Origin: Eledone cirrhosa
Lineage: Eukaryota
NCBI GenBank assembly: GCA_964016885.1
Contig: OZ024756.1
Span: 24,242,001-24,306,000, forward strand
Reading direction: 5' to 3'
DNA: 64,000 bases
The notes beneath the pieces are model-generated. The model worked only from the letters and a program-made list of their open reading frames with translations, was not told the origin of the DNA and did no database searches. This document shows positions 56,411 to 64,000 of this stretch, in pieces. The position numbers were made by a program, and so were the translations under genes. The first letter of the stretch is position 1. Each line of letters begins with the position of its first letter.

Positions 56411-57077
56411 CTACACAGCACACACTGTAAATGTGGTTGGCATTAGGAAGGACATCTAGCCATAGAAAACCAGCCAGAAGCAGTCCTATATGAGCGAAAC
56501 ACGGTCACCCAACCCACCTTGCCTCAAATGGGACAAACCTGTCTAATGTGTGTATCATGACTCATGCACTGTTCATTTTACTGATGTTTGTGCATTGCCC
56601 TATGAACTGTACATGCACTTTTTTGATGAGTTGTGGTGCACCTGGGCACTGTACACAATATTTCATTATTGTTATTGTTATTATATCATGACTCATACAC
56701 TGTTCATTTTCCTGACATTTGTACATTATTCTATGTACTATACATGCACCTTTGATGAGTTGTAGTGCACCTGAGCACTGTACACAATAATTTCATTATT
56801 ATTAACCCATGCTAGCGTGGAAAATAGATGTTCAACGATGATGATGATGATGAATACGTGCATTCATTGAACCTGTAAAAAATACCAATAAAATATCTCT
56901 CAAGCTATACTGTACACTCTAAAAAGGACATGTTAGATAATATAGTCATGGGTACACTATATGAGAATAACAACTAAGATGATCACAGGTCTGCTGGATC
57001 AGGACTGACCTGGGGCTAAACAACATCAAATCTGCCCACAAATAGTAACTACTCTACTCTAATCTACCTTATAATAA

Positions 57078-57256
57078 TCGTTTCTACTTTTGGCACAAGG
57101 CCAGCAATTACTCAGTGCATTACTGGTACTTTATTTTATCGCCCCCGTAAGTATGAAAGGCAAAGTGAACCTCGGCGGGATTTGCACTCAGATCGTAAAG
57201 GGACGTAACTATGCTGGAAAGCATGGCGTCCGACTCTCTACCGATACTGCCAATCC
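57078..57256 (-). mobile_element. Meta-like SINE (young copy)
   Basis: Reverse complement of the 18137-18315 type. Confidence 0.85.
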
Positions 57257-58341
57257 ACAATAATGAAGCCAGAGATACACTTACGTTTGAATAGTGACAG
57301 GGTGGTCGCGATGGGAATGTCTCTAATGTAGAATTCTACAACAAAAAGATTTTGATTTCATCATGAATTATTTCCCTTCGATTCTAAACAACTCGAGGCC
57401 ATAGAGAATACTTTGATGTCTGGTAGTGACACCTTCAGTGATAGACAGATACACTGACTGTCACTTGGCTTCGGGACATTTTACTTTTCTTTTTTTCAAC
57501 CCGGCAATTGCTTCAACTGACAGGCTATAAACATAGCAAGAAAACAAGGCAGAGTCAAGCATTTTTCTAAGGCCCATTGAAATGTCATGATGGTTAAACT
57601 TGTCAAATGTCTAGTGTGGCACCCGAAAGACTGGCTGCACTAATTACGGGAACTTGATTTATTGATCGATAAATAATTTCATCTTATAAATGTATGTACG
57701 TATATATATGTGTGTGCGTCTATATGAGACGAGATTCCGTGAGTGTATGTGAGAGTGCGCTTTGATGTGTAGTATCATGGCGCGTGCTTGTATATATATA
57801 TATATATATATACATACGTATATGTAAATACGCCTGTATATATATACATACGTATATGTAAATACGCCTGTATATATATATATCAAAGAAGAGACATATA
57901 TCATAAGAGTGGAAGAGAAAGAACCATGATATAATATATTAGATGCCAATAACCGAAGCGAAGTGTGCTCAATGATTAGAGATGCAATGTTAAATATTAT
58001 AGTACGGTTAATATTTAATGAGAGTTAAGCAGAGCAGGTATAAGCCTTCTCCCTTTATTTTTGCTTATATATATATATATATACATACACATACAGTATA
58101 TATATACGCACGCGCGGTCAGCTGAATGAAAGTCTACAAAGGAATAAAAAAAAAACAAGACAGAATGTGTGTTTCTGTGTGTATATATATATATATATAT
58201 ACACACACATTTGGGGCGTCTTTAAGCCAGTTTTACACTTAGTGAACTTTTTTTATTTTTTTATTTTTCAGTAGAGATCGATGACATAAAGTTAAGAACA
58301 TTCATGTCATATATCTTTATGTAACATCCTAATTCAGTTAT

Positions 58342-58538
58342 TACTCTCAGGCCTCGAATGATACCACCTCCGCCGCTTATTAATTTTTCATATTTTTTCC
58401 ATTCATATTGCTAATCTAAATCCGGCGAAATTTTGATTTTTAAAAACAATCAACGGAGACAACCAAGAATATTACCGATTTTCCACCATCAGCCCGCTTA
58501 TTCTAACCCCCACCTCTATTATTTGGGACCCCAGAGTA
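58342..58538. mobile_element. Possible Tc1/mariner-type MITE
   Basis: Imperfect termini TACTCTCAGGCCTCGAAT / ATTTGGGACCCCAGAGTA with TA at both ends. Confidence 0.4.
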
Positions 58539-58944
58539 CATGAAATAAAAATTATTTCAGTTTTTGACAATTTAATAGAAGAGATGGAGGAGAGGTTTTA
58601 TTTAACCATCATTTCAACATGTACAGATATAAAGAGATAAATATACAACTTTAAAAAGTCAATACTGGTGGTTCATGTTAACAATAAATCAACAGCATTT
58701 TTTCCATTATTTTCATAAATGAAAATAATGGAAAAAATCATTTTTTTCAATATTTTCATATAAAACTTTAATATATATCATAAATAATAACTTAATAAAA
58801 ATGAACATTAATATTTTCATATAAATCTTTTTCTTTTTTTTCCATGTTTAATATAAAACAAATACTTAATATAAAACATTTTTTTATCCCCTAATATTTT
58901 CATATGGATGTTTATTCAATATAAAACAAAGAATCCCTCCCCAA

Positions 58945-59335
58945 CTCGAGCCAGCGTAGTTGAACCGAGGGTGGACGGCAAAAGGCCAGACGGGGTGACA
59001 ATCTTCGCGTTCCTCAGGGGTAGGCGGCCCCTCATTTTGGGGAGGCCACGCCCTGTCACACCTTCTCTAGTGACAACTTGATGCGTTCGGCTACTAGCCC
59101 GTCAGGCCCAGGAGGGCAAACTGTCCAAGTATTGACCACTCTCTGATAGGTTTGTGGTCGAGCCTGTAGCAGTGGATACTTCCAGCGTTCATGGCCCCCG
59201 GACAACATCCATGCTCACTGCTATCGGATCGGAGTTGGCTGTCCGCAGGTGCGACCCTGGCGAGGTTGAGTGGCTGTTCCAGTGTGTCTTACTCGCCATC
59301 CTCTGATACAATGCATTCTCCAACCGTGTCAGCCG
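58945..59335 (+). mobile_element. CRE/NeSL-type non-LTR retrotransposon restriction-like endonuclease remnant
   Basis: EP...DGKRPDGVTIF.F..G..LI(W)EAT..HTF...K..KY...F.VEPVAVDT across frameshifts. Confidence 0.7.
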
Positions 59336-59352
59336 GCTCCCTCTCTCTCTCT

Positions 59353-59410
<58 letters not shown>

Positions 59411-59515
59411 GGATATATATATATATAGTACTTGATACTTGAGAGCTCAGCCATCAGGCGCCGACTCTTTCTTACACACACACATATCATCATTTTACGT
59501 CCGCTTTTCCCTGCT

Positions 59516-59596
<81 letters not shown>

Positions 59597-59604
<8 letters not shown>

Positions 59605-59897
59605 TTAAAATGAAAAAATTACGAAAGAGAATACAGACTGTTTATACAATAAGCACCTACGTACGTTTCGGGCGAAACGTACGTAGGTGCTTATTGTATA
59701 AACATGTTCTAACAGTCTGTATTCTCTTTCGTAATTTTTTCATTTTAAATACATATGATATCCCAGAAATATATATAACGAAATAAATATGGTTTTATAA
59801 ATATAGTTTCCATTTGTTTAATATCGTAAACCTACTCCAGAAATTGTCGAGTGCTTTTATATCAGTTATAAAATATTTACTCGTTGTAACCCAACAA
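59597..59897 (+). mobile_element. Fold-back element family D (hammerhead 3' half at the axis)
   Basis: 74/84-nt arms around GTTTCG-GG-CGAAAC; GAAAC-GTAC-GTA; AATAAA and bulged stem-loop downstream; in (TA)n. Confidence 0.75.
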
Positions 59898-59932
59898 TCT
59901 TAAATAAAACTTTTGCATATATATATATATAT

Positions 59933-59982
<50 letters not shown>

Positions 59983-60041
59983 GCATATATATATAAATAC
60001 ATATATGCATATATATATATATTATATATATGCATATATAT

Positions 60042-60154
<113 letters not shown>

Positions 60155-60372
60155 CATATATGCATATATATATAAATACATATATGCATATATATATAAA
60201 TACATATATGCATATATGCATATATATATATATATATATATATATAGATATATATATATATATACAGAGAGAGAGAGAGTAGATACATATATATAGCACA
60301 CTAACCCTCTCTCTACTGGCTTGTAATTTTCATAACTAATCCTTTACCTCTTAGTTTGCCTACTTAATATAT

Positions 60373-60407
<35 letters not shown>

Positions 60408-61681
60408 TATATACAGTATGTGTGTGTATATATATATATATACAGAGAGGGGGGGGGGTAGCTACTGAACAAGTCTTATTAGCTGCAATTGATATCAAAG
60501 GAGTGGGTTTATTGTCAATGAGATTGTTTCCTGGAAGAACTGTTAAGTTATATGAAGTAGTCATATCAAGTGTTTCTGCAGCAGCTGTACATGTGAAAGG
60601 GTTAACCTTTTAACCTTTTTTTTTTCATACCAACCACCACCTGAGAGAACACACTTAGATATATGATTCAAAAATGTTCATTTTAACCTCTTCATTACTG
60701 TTACTTTCATCACTTTCATTTAATCTCTGATGAAGTAGTTTGTATTTTAACTAATTAGTATGTTCTCTACCTCGAACATTGTCTCTTCGGCCAACACAAA
60801 CCGAGGTTCCACTGCTTGCAATGCAGAGGAGAGAATGATAACTAAGTACTGGTGAAGGGTATGTGGGAGAGGCCTCGCACTAGATGGCTTGATGTCACCA
60901 GGGAAGATATCTGAAGGCTCAACATCACCTTGGAGGATGCTGAGGAGTTGGCTCAGGACCACCAGTGATGGAGGGTGCTGGTAGACCTGGCTGGCTCTAT
61001 GTATGATGATGCTTCTGGGATCACTGACTGAGGAATGCCAGCCTCATCAAGCAAGAGCAAGAAGAAGAATGGTATCAAAAGGCTACAATATTTTATTTAA
61101 AGTTAAATCTGATCCCAAAATTATGCTGAAGGACCATGTATCAGGCTATAATCTAAACACCAATTTAATAATAGAGAAATTAGATATTTTTGTGAAGGCA
61201 AGTGGATCAGACTGATGGCATGAGGTTGCAAGTTTGATACCCAAACCAGGCAATGCATTATGTTCTTCAGCAAGACACTTTATTTTATATTGCTCTTTCT
61301 GCCAGGAATTGGTAGATAGTATCAGCAATATGGAAAGACTAATGAAAACATTGTTTCCTTGGTCTGATTTGATAAGTTCCACCCCGCTCGGTAAACAAAT
61401 GAGATCTGGGATCACGTTGATCAATTCCCTTATTAAACTCTTCCAAATTCATGATTATTTTAAAGACTAATTGAAATGTTAATCATTGAACCTATAACAA
61501 GTAGAAACTCCCAGTATTCATGGTACCCCAACCACTCCCCTAGTCACTGGAGTAAGGTCTACAAGTTAAACTGGGTATTTCACTGTATCTCCTGCACTTC
61601 ACTTTCTTCCATTTTGTTCACTAGGGAGCATTCGTCCACACCAGGCCAGGTTCAGGTACTTATGATGGAGTATTCTTTCTC

Positions 61682-61720
<39 letters not shown>

Positions 61721-61725
<5 letters not shown>

Positions 61726-61922
61726 AACGAGTAGGACCCCGACGGCTGAGCTCAAGCCGTTTCGACGGCTAATTCTGGACTAAATTAGTCCAGAATTAGC
61801 CGTCGAAACGGCTTGAGCTCAGCTGTCGGGGTCCTACTCGTTCCTATTACCCACTCTACTACCCTAAGTATTGAGTACTTTGGTGCGTTATGGTCCACTT
61901 GGTTCCTTACCACATTTCCTTC

Positions 61923-61927
<5 letters not shown>
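61721..61927 (+). mobile_element. Fold-back element family A, copy A4
   Basis: 63-bp arms (61721-61783 / 61785-61847, 1 mismatch) plus an 80-nt tail; (TA)n on both sides. Confidence 0.8.
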
Positions 61928-61967
<40 letters not shown>

Positions 61968-62627
61968 AAACATATAGATAATATATTTCATTAGAAATAT
62001 GATCAGGAAAGGGTTAAGTGATAAGTGATTTCTACTAAAAATACATAAAGATTAACACCATAGCTAATGAGAGAGAGAGAGAGGAAGGGGATAGATACTT
62101 AGTGAGATAGATAGATAGATACCTAGTGAGTGAGAAAGATATATATATATAGTGTGTGTGTATGTGAGAATATGTTTGTGTATAATAGGGTTGATTCATT
62201 AATGGTAAGATCTAGGCTAAGATTAGTAAAAATCAGTAGGCAATACAAATTGTATTATAAGTGGCTTCTCACCAGCTGTGGATTAAAAACTTCAAATGAT
62301 GAAAAAACACTAGAATAATTTGTTTACAAATATATAAAAAATATAAAAATATACAATAGATAGAAAACAAAAATAAAAGAAAGACAAGCAATGACATTTA
62401 AGAAAAGCAACAGTAAGGAAAAGAGGGGAGTAGCAGTCTCTACACCCTAGTCACCTGTACCCCGTCCTGTGGACCAGTCTGGGTGGTATATCTCACCTGT
62501 GGAGTAGTCTGGGTGATATATCTCACCTGTGCCCCCACACCATGGACACAAGGTGACACCCTCTGCTGCAACAGCCACTGTGCCTCCATCCTGCTTCTGT
62601 GGAGGAAAAGGAAGCAGTTGGATAAAT

Positions 62628-62664
<37 letters not shown>

Positions 62665-62712
62665 ATGATGATGATGATATATATACATATATATATGTGT
62701 GTGTGTGTGTGT

Positions 62713-62845
62713 ATCCCGGGTTCAATCGGAGGTAGCCACAGTAAGTAAGGTACTCAATACATAACAGAGTATAAATATTTAATATAGAAATGGCTTCTAC
62801 AGGACTAGAACTGTTTCATTAGAAGGAAATCATCAGGAAAACCGT
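62713..62845 (-). mobile_element. Family B copy B2 (no fold-back) with hammerhead core
   Basis: GGTTTTC-CTGATGA-TTTCCTTCTAAT-GAAA-CAG-TTCTAGTC-CTG-TA/GAAGCC; homologous to 21411-21546. Confidence 0.7.
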
Positions 62846-62848
62846 GTG

Positions 62849-62884
<36 letters not shown>

Positions 62885-63034
62885 CATACACACACACATA
62901 CACACAAATACATCATAATCACCATCAGCATCATCCTTTTTACATGCACTTTTCCGTGCTTCCATGGGTTGGCTGGGTCTTTCCAACATAGCTTCCCTCC
63001 ACCACCTAACTGCATTGTTTCATCATCTCCTCTG

Positions 63035-63073
<39 letters not shown>

Positions 63074-63081
63074 TATACATG

Positions 63082-63187
<106 letters not shown>

Positions 63188-63874
63188 GGCTGCCAACTCG
63201 TTTTCGAGTACGGCCACTACTTTATATCCATGTAGGAGAACCCCTACCGATGCGCTGAACGAGTGTGACTTTTTAGTCCAGCCAGCGACTTGAAAACTCT
63301 GGTACAAACACTACACCTGTGACAATTACTGACACATAGTGCTGGGCCCATGGTACCATGTGACGACAAGTGCAGAGAGATCTCCAGATATAAAGCAATG
63401 CCTGTGCCGTGAAGCTTTTATAGTGAGCAAAGGCACTGCACAAAGCCAGTCCCACTCTCTTAACCAAGATGATATTTACCAAAAAGAAGAACAAGTCAAC
63501 ATCATTGGATACCATCAGGGTTGCAGGTGTTATATCAGAGTTTTCCTTCTCCTAGAATTCTGCCTTGACAAAGGCTAAGGGGTCATCTCTCCTGGTGATT
63601 TTGGATGGCCATTGACTCTTAAGAGCTCCTTTGCCCTTTGACAGGTTTTGTTTTTAGTCCTGCAGGATGTCAAAAGTCACCCTCCTCACCAAGAAACCTT
63701 GGTAGGATTGCCAGTTTAGTCGCCAACGACCCGACCATGAGACACGTTGTACTGGGATACATGTTACCAGTAGCACCAACTGGTGACCTGACATACATAT
63801 ATATATATACATGTATATATATATATATATATATACACATATATATATATAAATGTATATATATATATATATAC

Positions 63875-63908
<34 letters not shown>

Positions 63909-63924
63909 GTATATATATATATAC

Positions 63925-63971
<47 letters not shown>

Positions 63972-64000
63972 TATATAGATATATATATGAAGATGACATG

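Overview
Eukaryotic, AT-rich, microsatellite- and retroelement-dense DNA. The SINE/LINE repertoire and (TA)n/(CA)n/(GA)n load suggest an octopus/coleoid cephalopod (inference). Two spliced + strand genes can be reconstructed with phase-consistent GT-AG junctions. One is a ~2416-aa USF3/KIAA2018-like bHLH-ZIP transcription factor (5 coding exons, 39161-51840, with a 6.9-kb terminal exon). The other is an unrecognised ~100-aa two-TM protein (3 exons, 5960-19904) that the ORF track does not show as a unit. The rest is tRNA-derived SINEs, RTE/Tx1/CR1/CRE LINE remnants, a Penelope GIY-YIG remnant, a mariner remnant and simple repeats. The most striking signal is a dispersed set of short elements inserted in (TA)n, from 3-4 sequence-divergent families. 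They carry hammerhead-ribozyme cores or half-cores. Six of them form long fold-back palindromes whose axis falls in or next to the ribozyme, and most share a covarying bulged stem-loop ~35-60 nt from their 3' end. They are most likely Penelope-like pLTR derivatives that record a self-priming integration mechanism. Also notable are two RTE LINE copies with twin-priming-type 5' inversions and a Tx1-like family whose tail matches the microsatellite it sits in.
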